Below are positions 49,201-62,730 of a DNA stretch of 64,000 nucleotides, piece by piece. Position 1 is the first letter of the stretch, and each line of letters begins with the position of its first letter. Origin of the DNA: Takakia lepidozioides (lineage: Eukaryota; Plantae; Bryophyta); the NCBI GenBank assembly GCA_030704615.1, contig CM060734.1, forward strand, positions 46,562,001 through 46,626,000. The letters run 5' to 3'. A program made the position numbers and the translations under genes. The notes under the pieces were generated by a model. The model was not told the origin of the DNA and searched no databases. It worked only from the letters and a program-made list of their open reading frames with translations.

Positions 49201-51964
49201 GATTTATTCTTTGGTCTGAGTGGTTCCACTGTGCTGTTCTACCCTTGGGTCATCTGAGCCTCCAGTGGACATATCGAATTTCTAAGTTTCAATAGTTTTT
49301 ATTCTTGGCTCTGGTTTTGTTGCCTCTCTCATGTTTTCTTCCATTTTGTCCCATAAGCTCTATGAGCTTTCCGCGGACATTATAAAGCACCATTTCATTT
49401 CATTTCTCTCTCTCTCACTCAAGACTATGGCAAACAATGTGTTATGAGTACATTCTCTCTCACTCAAGCTTATCAGAGGGGATCTGTGACAGCCCGATGT
49501 GCAATGGCAATGGAGACCAAGGAGCCAGCTCACACTAAAGAATTAATTCTATAGAATTAATTCATAATTCTAAAGATATATGCCTCGTCATCAGAGATAA
49601 ACACATCATCATGCTTTCCTACCTCTTGGTTAAGTTTTCATCCCTACTAAGGGCAAGTTCAGAGTTGGTTCTCCCATTTTACGGACTGAGACAGAAGATA
49701 CCTTGTGCGGTAGCATTTACCCAATGTATATGAGACGCACAGTGGAGACAGAACATCATTTCTTCTTCTTCTGCCCTGCCTACTATGAGATACTGGTGTT
49801 ATCTTAGATATTCCTTGTGCCAGGCAGAGGCCCTCAACGATGATGACTTAAAATGCTTATTGTTGAACGTTTTTGTTCTTTGGTCTGTGGTTCAATTGAG
49901 TTGTTTTGCTGTGTCCCGTGGGCCCCCAAGGCCTGTTGTAGACATAAGAACTTTCATTCTTCTATCTTTATCTGACTTCTGCATGTAGATTGTGTGTTTT
50001 TAGGGAAAGAATGGGCAGGGGGGCAGACCGAGAGCGTGTTTCATTTCTCACTCAATTACTCTTCCTCTTGCTTTCTCTCTCTCAGTCCCTCTCCTTTGTC
50101 CCTCCTTGGCCTTGCCGCTGGTACTATGCTGATGTGGTCGCTTCACTTACAGTGGCCCAACTTCTTTTTCATCGTGCAGTTATGGTGCATTCTGCGGCAC
50201 CTGGGATGTGATTGAAGCACTAACAACGTTGGGCTTCACGTCCCAGCAGGTCTCACCCTGCATCCCTTTCCTTCTGGGACGCTTACAGTTTCTTTGAAGC
50301 ACTGCCTATACTTGCATGACTCTGGCAGACTCATATCTCTATCCTCGGATGTAATGGGCATGCTGCCCCTGATAGCCTGAAGAAAAGTACAAGATTGTAT
50401 TCAACCGTTTTTCTAACTGTCTCTGCACATGGGAACAGGCTAGTCGGAGAAAGTATTTCAGGGAGCAATTGATCGAAGCCATGCTGATCTTAGAGGCTGG
50501 CCATGGGCCAGGAGGCAGCAATCAATTGCGTGGATCATGGGCTGGAGCCATGGGTCAATGCCAATTTATGCCCTCCAGCTTTCGTAATTACGCTGTAGAC
50601 CATGATGGAGATGGTTGCAAAGGTAGGACTGAAACTCTGGCTCTCTTGCTTCCATGTAATCTTTACAGAGTTCAAGTACTGCCATGCTTATCTGTATGCA
50701 GTGTAAAAGTATCTGACATTACTATTCAAAGTTAAGTAGATCTGTTTCTAGCGCTGTTCAATAGTAGCTGCACCTACTGCCTTCTACCTCCTCTTAGTTG
50801 CTTGTGGCCTCTCATGTTCGACAGATATCTGGGAGTCACAAGCAGATGTTTTAGCGTCCATGGCCAATTATTTGAAGGAGCATGGATGGAAAGATGGAGC
50901 CCCCATTCTTCAGAAGGTAGTATTTTGCCTATATAAGAGAGTAAAAACAGGATCGTGACAACCTTTCAGCTGGGTTGTGTGTTATTCTTCTTTGCTGACA
51001 CACTAGGAAATTTTCTCTAAAATATGCAGAACAATGCATCAGAAAAAGAATGTTTGTATGGGAAATTGTAAAACTGGTCTCAAAAGCATAGTTCCTAGAA
51101 GAGAGTATGTCCAGGAAAATGTGTGAGAACTTGGAGATCTTCAAGTAAGAGTGCAGTGTAGGAGCTGTAAGCAGGCACCACAGTGCTAAGGCAGGTGATC
51201 TTATGTGGCCCCATGTTAACCCTTAAACGCACTGCAGTAGTCCCAGCATGTAATCTGGATCAGAAATTAAGTTAGAAAAATATAAAAAATCGGAGATTTA
51301 GTTAGAATATGGTTATATGAACAAATTCTGTTTATGCAGTTTTCAGTATTGTGCTGTGTCTTTCCTGCAGGCAAAAATTGATAATGATCAGAATCAAGTG
51401 TGGTTACTGGTGATATTCATGAGTTTCATCTGTGGTCATGTGCTACTACCAGGGGGCACTTGTGCAATTCATCATACCATCGCATTATTTGAATATTTGT
51501 ATGGTTGTATTTCTGCAGGTTCGTATGAAAAAGAAAGTGGACAAGTCCTTGATTGGGATACAAGTGATGAAAAGTGTAATGGATTGGCAGAGCAACCATG
51601 GTGTTTGTGTGGAGCCTGGGGATGCTTCCATTCCTCCAGAGGCGATGACAAGCTTGGTATCCACAAACCCACCTTCTCTCAGCCCACTATGTTGTATGAG
51701 CAAACACATCCTTTGTGCTTGAATGACTTGTCTTCTATGTCATAGTAAGTTCAGTGGCACTCAGAATCCTCTATCCGTATATTGTGCCAGGTGACTCCAG
51801 GTGGGCCAAAGGGCAAGGTCTATTTTGTGTGCCACAATTTCAAGGTACTCTTGCGTTACAATTCTGCTATGCTTTATGCTCTCTCTGTCTGTGAATTGGC
51901 CCAGCAAATTCAAAGTAGAGCAGGCTCAATCTCAGCTTGCCCAGTGGACCAGTCGGTGGCTTGA
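46268..51964 (+). CDS. mltB: MltB/SltB-family lytic murein transglycosylase (SLT_2, GH103), spliced, with N-terminal Ser-rich extension and one TM helix
   Basis: Exons 48057-48268, 48587-48718, 50180-50249, 50439-50622, 50825-50916, 51519-51656 and 51791-51964 join in frame via GT-AG introns. Motifs: FAKWIEGVR...; YGVP...VAVWGIES (catalytic Glu, 48711-48713); GSWAGAMGQCQFMPSS; EF-hand-like AVDHDGDGCKDIW; DVLASMANYL...GW; NFKVLLRYNSA.LYALSV. Exon 1 (46268-46864, TM WVAFLLFAGVVATFMW) is less certain. Confidence 0.92.
49347..49406 (+). mobile_element. LINE family B 3' terminal module (stem-loop + CATTT tail)
   Basis: TGTCCCATAAGCTCTATGAGCTTTCCGCGGACATTATAAAGCACCATTTCATTTCATTTC. Confidence 0.85.
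49424..49453 (+). mobile_element. 30-bp 5'-truncated LINE family A insertion with 15-bp TSD
   Basis: actatggcaaacaatgtgttatgagtacat matches the 3' end of the 26923-31624 LINE (gctacggcaaacaacgtcttatgagtacaa). Flanked by TCTCTCTCACTCAAG at 49409-49423 and 49454-49468. Confidence 0.85.
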
Positions 51965-52366
51965 ACAACTGATATCTGGCCCTTTGGAAGGATAGGTTAA
52001 GATGATATCACATTTGATTGCATTCACATGGTATTGGCCATTCTGTTATTACTTTGTCTCCTGTCTGGTCATGCAAAGAGTGTACATCAAGTGGGATGTG
52101 CATGATAGAGATAGGAACAGGGTGTGCCGAATGGCGTAGTGTCCATACTAGGAGCTTAAATAACACGATTTGACCATTTTTCACATGCATTTAATTGTAC
52201 CTCTCATCATTTCTGCTCAAAGGTTATGATACAAGTAAATGAGTTTTAAAAGGAACCCTTTTTTTGGTGCTCCTGGTCACTGAGTAAATCACACAAGCAA
52301 CCAAGTAGTGTATAGGTGGGCTCAGTTTTTGTTCCGTAGATTTTGAAAAAATAAAAACAGCTGGAC

Positions 52367-55300
52367 TCATGGCAACGAAAAGAGTACGTCTCTGGTGGTT
52401 GTAACACTGAAAGATCTACCAAAGGATCTACTGTATTCTGCTTCCATTGTTTCCCTAGTTTTGCCTGTGTCAGCAGCCTCCAGGCTTATCAGAGCTTGGG
52501 CGAGATCTCTCCTTGTTATCATACCTATTACCCTGCAAGCATCCAACAGAATTCGCAACAATATTCAGGGAGCAGTACTCCTTTCCATACTTGAAGTATA
52601 GGGCACAGATGAACATTCCCAAATATGTGATAACTTTGTCCATCCCCTGACCTGCATATGAACCTCAGCCTGAACTTTCCTAATTTTGGCATTCCCATTT
52701 AAAGCTGTGAAACATCACCTATGAAGAGAAAATGCTCAAAACCCTCACAAATCAGTAAAAAGGTTCATGAGGTACCTATTACTGCAGTTTGTGACACACA
52801 GATGCCTGAGGCCCAATGTGCGAAATATCATGTAAACACGCTCTGCTGAGCACTCTGCACGAACCTGCAGAGGGAGGATGCTAGGCATAAGCCTCCATCA
52901 GCAAAATAAAAAATTTGATGCAGAAGAGGAGAGGTGAAGAGAACTGTACATGACTGCACATTTGAGAGACACTGACTCCTACAACCTTATGGCTTTACAT
53001 TTGACACAGCCTTTGAAAGCTATCACTATGGGGGGGGGGGGCGGTGTAGAGGAGAAACTGATCTGTGACATGAAACTGTCTAGAATGGGATAGTCAAATT
53101 GACACCATCACATAGCAACACAAACCGTAAGGGGAGCACGATTCATCCAAGGCCGGAGATCCAAGGCCAGTTCCATTGGCCATGTAATACCATCTTCTGA
53201 CTGATTATCCTCCCCATTCGCAACTGTGGATTCCTGCAAACAACCCAGAGTGTCATTTGGGATAATGAAGATTCTGCAAAACCCAGAAAGTACAGATGTT
53301 CCTTGCCTGGTTTATCCTTTTTGATTGTTTCCCCCTGCAAAAAAAACTGGAGGGCATATCAAAGTCATCTGTGGAGTTGCGGTGGTCCACTGGTCAAAGA
53401 TATAGCAACCCTCCCAACTGTTTGCCCTCTTATTGTGCCTGATGGTCACCCAACTGAGACAGTTCAAGCAGTTCTCTAAACTTAATTTTCCCAGGAGAAA
53501 CCAGCCATAGGGCGAGTTCAACCTGAGATCTCATTACTTCTACCTGCTTACGCCAATGTATTCTCCACTAGAAAAACCCATTGCTTGTTCAATGGAAGGG
53601 ATCTAGTATTTTTGGTTGCTAGTGTTCCGATATTCAAGCTAAAAATCTTGAATTGCCTTGACTAACCTTCATTCTAACTTCACACATTTCTATGCCACTT
53701 GCATGTAGGAGGTTCAAAATCCACCAAGTATGCACAATTTAGGCTGAGAGATGAGAAAGTATCATGCAAACCTAAACTTACTTGATTCCAAGGCCCTCCT
53801 GTCAGGTCTGTTATAGGCTGCTACATCCACTTCTTTTTCACAAGATTTCCTGACTAATACGGCGATTATTGTCATCCATCAATTCTTCACATAGTCCGAC
53901 TCCTCTGAATCATGTGGAGTTCGGTGCCCCACTCCCTTCAAACTCGATAAATTCTCTCTTTCTTCCTTATGAATCCGGTTTGCAGGGTCCTTCATCAGGA
54001 TAAAAAAGGCCATTCTTATTCTCAATGGCTTATTGTCATTTCATTTCATTTCATTCTCAATGGCTGGCATCAAGGGTGGGAGTCGATGGATAAGGAATTT
54101 TTAACATACCTGTAATACCTCGGTGAGTTCCAATTCATCTATAGCTTCCGGCAGGGAGGACAAATACCGACGGTGTGGGTTATGCGAATGGTGATATACT
54201 CGCATGGCATTCTCAAGATCATGTTGTTCCTTTGTAACGCGCTGACTGTGGGGAAGACGTCGTGGGAGAATCGGTGAGTGCAAGGCTTCTGACTCAACCT
54301 CAATGAAGGCACGCTGCTCTAGGAGAAGCATGAGCTGGTGTCTCAAAATTAATCCGGCAAGTTGTCTGTCTGGACTTGAATCCAGGGAAGTGTACCGAAT
54401 TACTGGGAACCCATTGTGGCGGGTTTCATGAAGGACTTTGACAACCTCAGCTACTGCAACAATCTGCAGTATTTGCACAAGAAATAAGCATTGTTTTGAC
54501 ACAGGTGATTAGGTTTATTAACAGAGTCAATCACAAGCAAGTGAAACAGGTCGGTTTCTACCATCTTGTAACATTGCCTAATTGATGTGTCACAACAATC
54601 AAGAGAAAAATGAAACGAAATACTTCATTTCATTTCATTCTTATAGCATAATAAATTCAGGTGCTCCAGATTTAAGTGAACTTTATACCTCATCAAAACA
54701 GATCACGTTTGGAGCCATTACTTCGGCTGCAGTTATTGCAAACAGCTTCTTTGGAGGCTCGCTTCGCAGAAAGTAAATTTCTCCTGCAAGATAAGACCAT
54801 GCACAAGAAGCTCAACACTTGATTGAGAGATGACTGAGTAAATGAAATGATTCTTTATAATGTCAACGGAAAGCTCAAAGAGCTTAAAAAGGAAATGAAA
54901 CGAAATGAAATGGTACTTTATAACGTCTGTGGAAAGCTCAAAGAGCTTAGGGACAAGAGGAAGCAAAGAAACAAGAATGAACGAGGGGCCCACAAGCAGC
55001 CAAGAACAACTATTGCTCAAGGGATTCTAAGAGTCAGCGCCTCATGCAGGTAAGGTCCTAAGCAATTTCTGATCCTCGTAATGGAAGAGATCCGTGAGAG
55101 ATTGGGTATCCTGGAATGGACAGTTGAATCTCCCACAGATGTAGTAGAAAGGCCAGTGAAAGAAGAAACAATCTTCACTGTCGATTTTCCTGTTGTTCCA
55201 AGCGCAAGCAGGCATAGGCAGTTCTCACGTTTCAGGTTTTCCCACCTACCAGTCGCTATCTGCAGACTGGGGGAGCCCACCCTGAACCTCCCCAATACCC

Positions 55301-58300
55301 TCAGAAGAGAGGGAGATAGAACTGCAGACAGGTAACTGGGCCGCAAGATTCTATCATCACAGAGAACTAAGACTGTCTCCCCATAGAACTGCAGTGATGT
55401 TGTTAAACAGTAACTTTATAACTCCACACAAGGCCCCATGTGATAGGTTAGAACAAAGTCGAAAATAAATTTATTCAATCTGCGGAGGCCCAAAGGACCT
55501 ATCCAAAAACACAGTAGAACCACAGAACTAAGCAACAAATCACAGTCCACATATTGTACACGAAGCTCAGAGAGGCTGAGAATATGGTTTCGTTTACTCT
55601 GCAAGTTCTTACAGTTCATCTGGTGTCTTTTACCCCGAAATAGAGACAAATACGATCTCATAAAGCATAGTCAGTACGATTCAATGAAAACATTTGCACT
55701 TCATAGACACTCAACACATAGATATTTGATGAGATCTTAGGTCTGAGCCCCTAGATATGCACTAACATTTCCTAAGAGTTCTTTACCACTACATTCCAGA
55801 CCAAGGAGTAGCCTGTCAAAGTGAAGGAAGGGAAAATAGGCTAAGCACTACATGTTGCATAAATAACCACATCGCCTTCACTACAATGTTAGAATATGAT
55901 GGGAGGAAGACAAACAATAGATTCTAAGTGACAAAAAATACCCTACCCAAGCGTTCCAGGTCAGCTTCGTATGCGCCAGCTGGATGAATATACTGGGCCA
56001 CCCAATTGGAAAGAACAATGGCCAGTATGACTGGCAACATAAAGTCAATGCCCCCTGTTCCCTCCACCATGATTACCACCTGCATGCATTGACAAACATA
56101 AAGACTACAACATATCCAAACCGAAACCTACCCCTCTTGTCCTCTCTTCTCCCTACCTTTGAAAGTCAATCTTTAATTCAACAGGTGAATTTGTAGTGCA
56201 TACCAAAGAGATGGATGTCCGAAACACGCCACCCAGCATGGCTGTTGCACCCACCAGTGCATGGAGTCCTGGCTGCACATTGCCACTGAGAATCAAAGCA
56301 CCAGACAAATTGAAGTTCTTAGTTCTCCATGGTGCAAGAAAACTTTTCAGCATTTGAAGGTCAACAAATCCAATGTCACAATAAAGACCATAATATCAAC
56401 CTGTACCAACAGGATTCTTAGGGAGAAAGGAAATGAAATGAAATAGAATAAAAATTAACATTATGGGACCACAAGAGGGTCCCACATGAGATGTAGTTAG
56501 ATGTAATTACAGGAAAAGCTAACAATGATGCGAGCTCAAAAAACATGCAACACAATATATCAGTCCCTGGTCATATAGTATGGGCCTGAGTTACTCAAAG
56601 AGGGAGTAGCAACGTAATACCAGCCTACGTTCCTAACTACAAGAGAAGAGAAGTTGCAGGACTTACTCTGGGAAAGAGCACTCAAATATTCGACCAATAA
56701 ATGCCCCAAAGGATGCACCTGCCTGGTACATTAAATAATGGCATAATCCCACTTTAACAGAAAACAAATGAGCATATTCATATGGAATTTTCAGCGACCT
56801 ACTTGCAAGCAATTGCATGCTGAGATAAATGGCACTCATCACAACGATTTAATTGTTGTTGATACTACCTGTCCAGTTTTCACAGGTTTTCTGATGCCTT
56901 CACATGTGTTACAGTGAAATTCACTTCCTACAGATTGAAAGACACTCACCATGATAGATGGCATAAAAATGCCCCCGGGAGTGGCAATGCCATAGGCAAG
57001 GATAAAAAGTAACAAGAAGGACCCTGAATGAATCCCCATACTTCTCAATGTGAAAGGTGCTACCACACCCTTTTCCCATGCCAGCAACTGCTCAATTGTC
57101 TGCTTCCAAGAGATGGATATTCAGCCAGCCATCCAAGTCAATTTCTAGCATAAAGAACAAAAAGTGATCTGTCCACTCCCCTTTCAAAACTCTTCTAATC
57201 TCAATCTCCATACAGAGCGTGGGTTCAAAGTTTGATCTTCAACAATGCCTAAATACAGCAACACAAAAAATTCCAGTCCAAATTTTCAAAGAATATGCTT
57301 AGAGAAGCTAGACACTTGTCGTAGGTTGCATATAACAGCTTTGATCGTAAGCCTCTACGTGGGGCTACTGTGTCTTCCCATTCAAAGACTCTAATATTTT
57401 GGATCACAAAAGGCTGAATATAGTAACAAGGACAAATGACTGTTGGGATGTGAAATGTTACCTGATGGGGTACAGAGAAGAACAAGGTTGCCAAGTCATT
57501 GTAGTAGCCTACCCCAGTTGCAGGGTCCACTTCAGGACACGTGTATCGGAACCAATAGTCGTTATCATTTTGGCTGCAGCATAAACAGTTTGCCTTCAAA
57601 GGAGATACAACTACATTTTTCTGCACCTTTCTGTCCTCAATAAAGGAGGGATATGTACACATTGACAGTTGTTCCCCACAGGCAGGAAAATCTCGGTAAC
57701 TCTCCTAAGACCCGTTACAAATTTCAACCCACTGTGATTTAGAAGTTCAGCCCAGGGTTGCTTGGTGAGGATTAACCCCTTGGGACAGAGAAACGTGGCT
57801 GAATCTCTTTGGCAGCTGACTTCCCTTGCTTCGTTCTATTGGGCTTTGGTAATTTTCGTAGGACCACTCATTAAATGGGCAGCCCCTCCCGCCCTCCTCT
57901 GCTTTGATTGATTCTCTCGGTAAATTGTTCCGGGCATTATTGGAATTTTTCTGAAGCGATTTCCTTCTTTCTTTTGTCTCTTCCTTTAAAAGACAGTGTG
58001 TGGCAATGTCTCAGCAGCAGATAAAAGAAAGCAGAAGGAAAGGAGAGGTCTAACGTCCACAGGAAGCTCAAAGAGCTTATGGAAAAAAGACACAAGGAGG
58101 TGGGGCCTGAGCAAGCAGCCCAAAAACAACTTCTGTTCAAGGGATTGTATAAGAGTCAACGCCGCATGCAGATGTGCTGCTAAGCATTTCTGATCCTCGT
58201 AATGGAGACCTCCTTGAGAGATTGGGTATCTCGGAATAGACAATAGAATTTCCCACAGATCTCAAAGTAGAGAGGACAGTGAAAGAAGAAATGAAATGGT

Positions 58301-61300
58301 GCTTCATAACCTACGCAGAAAGCTCAAAGAGCTTATGGGACAAGAGGAAACAAGAAACAAGAAAGAGGAGATGGGCCACAAGCAGCCCAAAAGAAACTAT
58401 TGCTCAAGGTAGTCTAAGAGAAAGAAGGAAAGAGCAACTTCTATAACGTCCATGGACAGCTCAAAGAAGAGAGAAGAAAAGCAAATCTGGTACGTTCAGG
58501 GGGTGCCAAAGGGCCCAAAGGACACAAATAGAACAACTCATTACAACCAGAGAGCTTCACCTGGACTCACCCTTCTTGGATGTGCAGACACTGGCCAAAG
58601 AAGTGGGGAAGTGTAAATATGACAGCCACTGAGATAAATGTAATAAGGCATGCCTCCACTAACCTGCATACAGTCCCCAGGACCAGTTAACAACAGTAAG
58701 TTCAAGCCTACGAACCTCAGTGGGGCTTCCTGAATGGCTTAAGAGTTGATTTCAAGACACATGCCTTTTTTCAGTATCCTCTCTTGTTCTCTCTCACATT
58801 CGTACCAAAAGCTTATTGGGTGTTCCGTGACATGGTCAAGTTTCATCCTTCACTACTAAACCATGTGAGTAATCATCTTATTAATCAAGCTTAGAGCTTT
58901 TCATGGAGACCTTTCTTTGGACATTATAAAGTAAGTACCTACTCTCTTTGTCCTACTTCCCTGTCCACAGGAAGCTCAAAGTGCCCAATTCTGGTAAGCT
59001 GCCAGGCACTGAGAAATGACATCCATTGGTAAGGAGACGGCCATAACTTGTGAGATGGTGGAGAAAGGAAGAATCTCTTAGATGGTGGTCGCATGCCTAA
59101 TACCATTCTATTTCCTGGAAGAAAACTGTCCTGTTAAACAAGCCAAAACTGTCCTGTTAAACAAGCCAAGTCCTGGCGGGAAAGGGTAGAGGTTTCAAGT
59201 ACCTGAACATTAGGCAGGAAGAACTAACCCTGCTAGATGAAGCTGACTTCAAGGCTGAAGTGTCTAAGGCCATGTCGGAAGCACGAAGAATGTCCAAACA
59301 AAATGTCCAAACTTGTTTCCAGTTTGTGACATGGGTGAGGACCTTAAGGATGATCTGAAGGGCCTACCTACCCTTGGCACTAGACTGAAATTTAAACTCA
59401 GGACGAGGAATCTTCCTAAAAGATGAAGAGAGATTGTCAATGCCTAATGTGCGGGTGGCCTGAAGGCAATATCCATTTTCTGATAGTGTCCGGGGTCTTC
59501 AGGAAATCAAGAACATAGTCGCTTCACCTCTGTTCACCAAAATCTCAGGGCTGAGCCCTAAAGCCCTGGCCCTGGGCAGCTCACACACAGCAGATTATGA
59601 AGGGCTTCTGAGAGGAAATCTGGAAAGCCCGAACTCATTGTGAGCCCCTCCCAATCGTAGTGTCTGTTCCCTCTTGTACTGTCCAAATTGTGTGCGGGGG
59701 GGGTCCATGGCCACAAGGCTATGGCAAACAACATCTTATGAGTACATTCTCTATCCCTCTCTCTGTACATATATATATTTCTGGGCAGCTCAACTAATTG
59801 CTTACATCAAGGTACGTCCCACTACCGGAGTGAGCCCCTCACAAAGGTAGTGTCTGTTCCCTCTTGTTCCGCCCAAATTGGGCGCAGGGTCTATGGCCAC
59901 AAGGCTACGGAAAACAACGTCTTATCAGTACATTCTGTACACATACACTAGAAATTTACGCCCAACCAGCCACATTTTAGAGTAGAGAGGGCGTGTGAAG
60001 TGGTTCTGGACTAAAGCGAGACTGCAAGAGCAGAAAAGAGCAAACCTGAGAAGCCTGTAACCTGATAGTGGCCTGAATTGAGCCAGCCAGCCATGAGCGG
60101 TGTTCAGAAATGCACCAAGCATGCCTGCACCTGCGCTCGTTACCACAAATAGTGGCACATCCTGTAGGTCAAAATTTTGCTGCAGGTTTTCACCAGAACC
60201 TTTGTCAGCTACTGTAGACTGTCAAAGCTGATGCGTATAAAAAATGCCAGGCATATCACCAACAGCTAATTTCCTGCATATTGTTTCCTGGAGTGTAAGA
60301 ATATATTTGGGAGTACTATGTACACAATATCCAGAGATACATTGTTCAGTATACAGATCTTCCAAATCTAATATTTCCCTCCTTCAAAAGGGTCATTTTG
60401 TAGAGTATCTTAATACATTGTCGTCAGAGCTGAGAATGCATTCACGTACATTTTAGCTAGTGAGTTACAAAGTATACCTGAAGTCCATGGAAGGAAATGT
60501 TTCCTGGCAATGACAGAGAGAACTCCCTGTCTCACAGCAAAGCAAAAGGGCAAGCAGAATCTTTTGGTTAGACATTACTACAGGCAGGCTGTTAAAAACT
60601 GTATGAACTGCCTTCTGGATTCTTTTAAGATTTGGCAACAGCATGGCAACACCAAACACCTTCTTCTCCTTGAGGCAGCCTTGGACAGTCTTGCACCCTC
60701 CATGCAAGTCATTGATAGTTACATGTGTTTTTATCTGGGTCTTCTTTGGTTTCAGCAACTCATCTTGTAGCCTCGCAAGGTTTAGGACCGCCTATGTCCC
60801 AGCTTGCACAGGGCGCGACCAGGAAATTGAAACTGAAGAACACTTCTTCTTCTATTGCCCTCTATACTATGAGATCCGCATGAGATTCCTTTGTCTATTC
60901 CGTGGAACCCAATCTCTCACTGAAGTCTTTCACTATGAAGATCAGAAATGCTTGGCAGCTTACTGCAGAGGCATTCACCCTTAGACAGTCACTCGAACAA
61001 TAGGTCTTATCTCTATCTCTGGTTTCCTGTTTTCTCTCTCATGTTTGCCATAAGCTCTATGAGCTTTCCACGGACGTTATAAAGCACCATTTCATTTCAT
61101 TTCTTTGCAATAAACTGTCTACTAGCTTCCTTGCAGAATAGGCAATAACCCCAGTCAAACTTTCTAAGGAAACACCTCCAACATGTCAGCAACACAATAA
61201 TTGGCCCAAATAGGATCAGGAATCACAGAAAACTTTCTTACGTTATGTAGACAATTGCTTTAATGAATTTCCATTGTTCTATACGCACCGGTTATGAAGC

Positions 61301-62730
61301 CAAGATAAAACCAGTATGGCACACAATGTGCATAGCAATGACCGCCACATCACCTGCTCCATGTTCCCCACATTATCCCCTATTGAATTTTTTCTGGTCA
61401 TGAATATCACCACCTATGAAGGTCTACCTATCCAGACAGAATTTTAGAAACAAAGACAGTGCACAATCTTGGTGGTGACAACAGACTCTCGTCTGATACT
61501 GCGCACTTTCATCTCACCGTATACACCAGCCCCCCATTTCCTTGTTTGTGTATAGCTCTCTCTCAACGCAACACCACTCTCAAATTCTACAGACAATTGC
61601 TACAACATTAATTGTGGTTTCTGGATTTGTTCCTCCCATAAGCTCTATGAGCTTTCTGCGGACGTTATAAAGCACCATTTCATTTCATTTCTCAAATTCT
61701 ACAGAGTGAATTCACTCTCATAAGCTGCGAATTTGAAACAGGGAAATGGTCTAGAAATAAAACATGAAAAGCTACAGTCCCAGTTTGCACGTTGGAGGAA
61801 GTGGAAACAGAGCACCACTTCTTCTCCTGTCCTGCATATTAAGAGATATGCCGGAGATACTAATGTCACCTTAGAGATTCTCATTTCTTAGCAGAGGTCT
61901 TCAGCTTTGAAGAGCCGAAGTGCCTCACAACCTACCAGCTTGAGGCCCTTTGTCATCCTGTAGTGGTCATTTATTTGCTCTACCCTATCCCATGGGCGCC
62001 CGCCCCCTGTGGATCTTATTAAGTTACTAGTTGCTTTTGGTCTGCTCTTTTACTTTTGTCTCCTCTCTCTCGTTTTGTCCCATTAAACTCTTTGAGCTTT
62101 CCGCGGACGTTATAAAGTACCATTTCATTTCATTTCATTTCCTCTTTTTCCTCTTTCTGAATGTAATAAAGTTGTTTTTTGGCTTGTTTATTCTCTCCTC
62201 TCCCACCTTTTTGTAACAATGTGGGCATCTGCTGCATGCATTCACCACTTGAACTACATGCGCACTCTGCATGAGACAAGGGCCCACCTTTCTTGACCAG
62301 AAACTCGAGGCTTCCTCCAGTGAGAAGAGAACTCCACCAATTGGTGCACCAAAAGCTGCTGCCAAGCTGCCGTAACACAGATCGACATCTTGCAGCACAT
62401 GTATAGAGACATCATTTGAAAATTTGACATCCTACTTCATGACAACATTATTGCAGCACTCTTAAAGGCCAAAAAGAGCACAAATTGGAGGCCTTTCTTC
62501 TCTGTGATCATCTTTGTTGGATATTATTTAGACTCAAAGAGCATCGAACAGAAATGGTACTTTATAATGTAGAAAGAAAATAATGTAAACATGTCACCTT
62601 CACTGAACAAACATGCCCAGAGAAAATGGTTGGAAGTTACCCTGCTGCTGTCCCGGCTGAGATGAACTCCCTGCGCTCCTTATCATTGTGGAAGTCCTGA
62701 ATCATGGCATAGGTAGAGTGGATGGGAAAT
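52367..62730 (-). CDS. CLC chloride channel / anion-proton exchanger with CBS domains (3' part; 5' exons beyond the window)
   Basis: Exons encode [102 protein letters not shown]1 [10 protein letters not shown]...LAGLILR, CBS2 [14 protein letters not shown] and [10 protein letters not shown]. Confidence 0.95.
54841..55346 (-). mobile_element. LINE family B 3' fragment with tandem tail modules, in a CLC intron
   Basis: [30 protein letters not shown] followed by two gaaagctcaaagagctt / gaaatgaaa modules (54841-54955). Confidence 0.8.
58020..58480 (-). mobile_element. Stacked LINE family B 3' fragments
   Basis: [11 protein letters not shown] in ORF 57986..58243; three agctcaaaga modules (~58063, ~58321, ~58458). 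Confidence 0.8.
59080..59935 (+). mobile_element. Older 5'-truncated LINE family A copy with a duplicated 3' end
   Basis: Matches RWW...MPNT...SISWK...[11 protein letters not shown] of the long LINE. Ends twice in ggccacaaggcta(t/c)gg.aaacaac.tcttat.agtacatt (~59745, ~59932). Confidence 0.8.
60770..61102 (+). mobile_element. LINE family B 3' fragment (best-preserved copy)
   Basis: LARFRTA...[45 protein letters not shown], then a short UTR, the stem-loop and a (CATTT)n tail. Confidence 0.85.

Noticed and set aside
46268-51964. Bacterial contamination or very recent HGT for mltB
   Set aside because: Canonical spliceosomal introns with host LINE fragments, flanked by plant genes.
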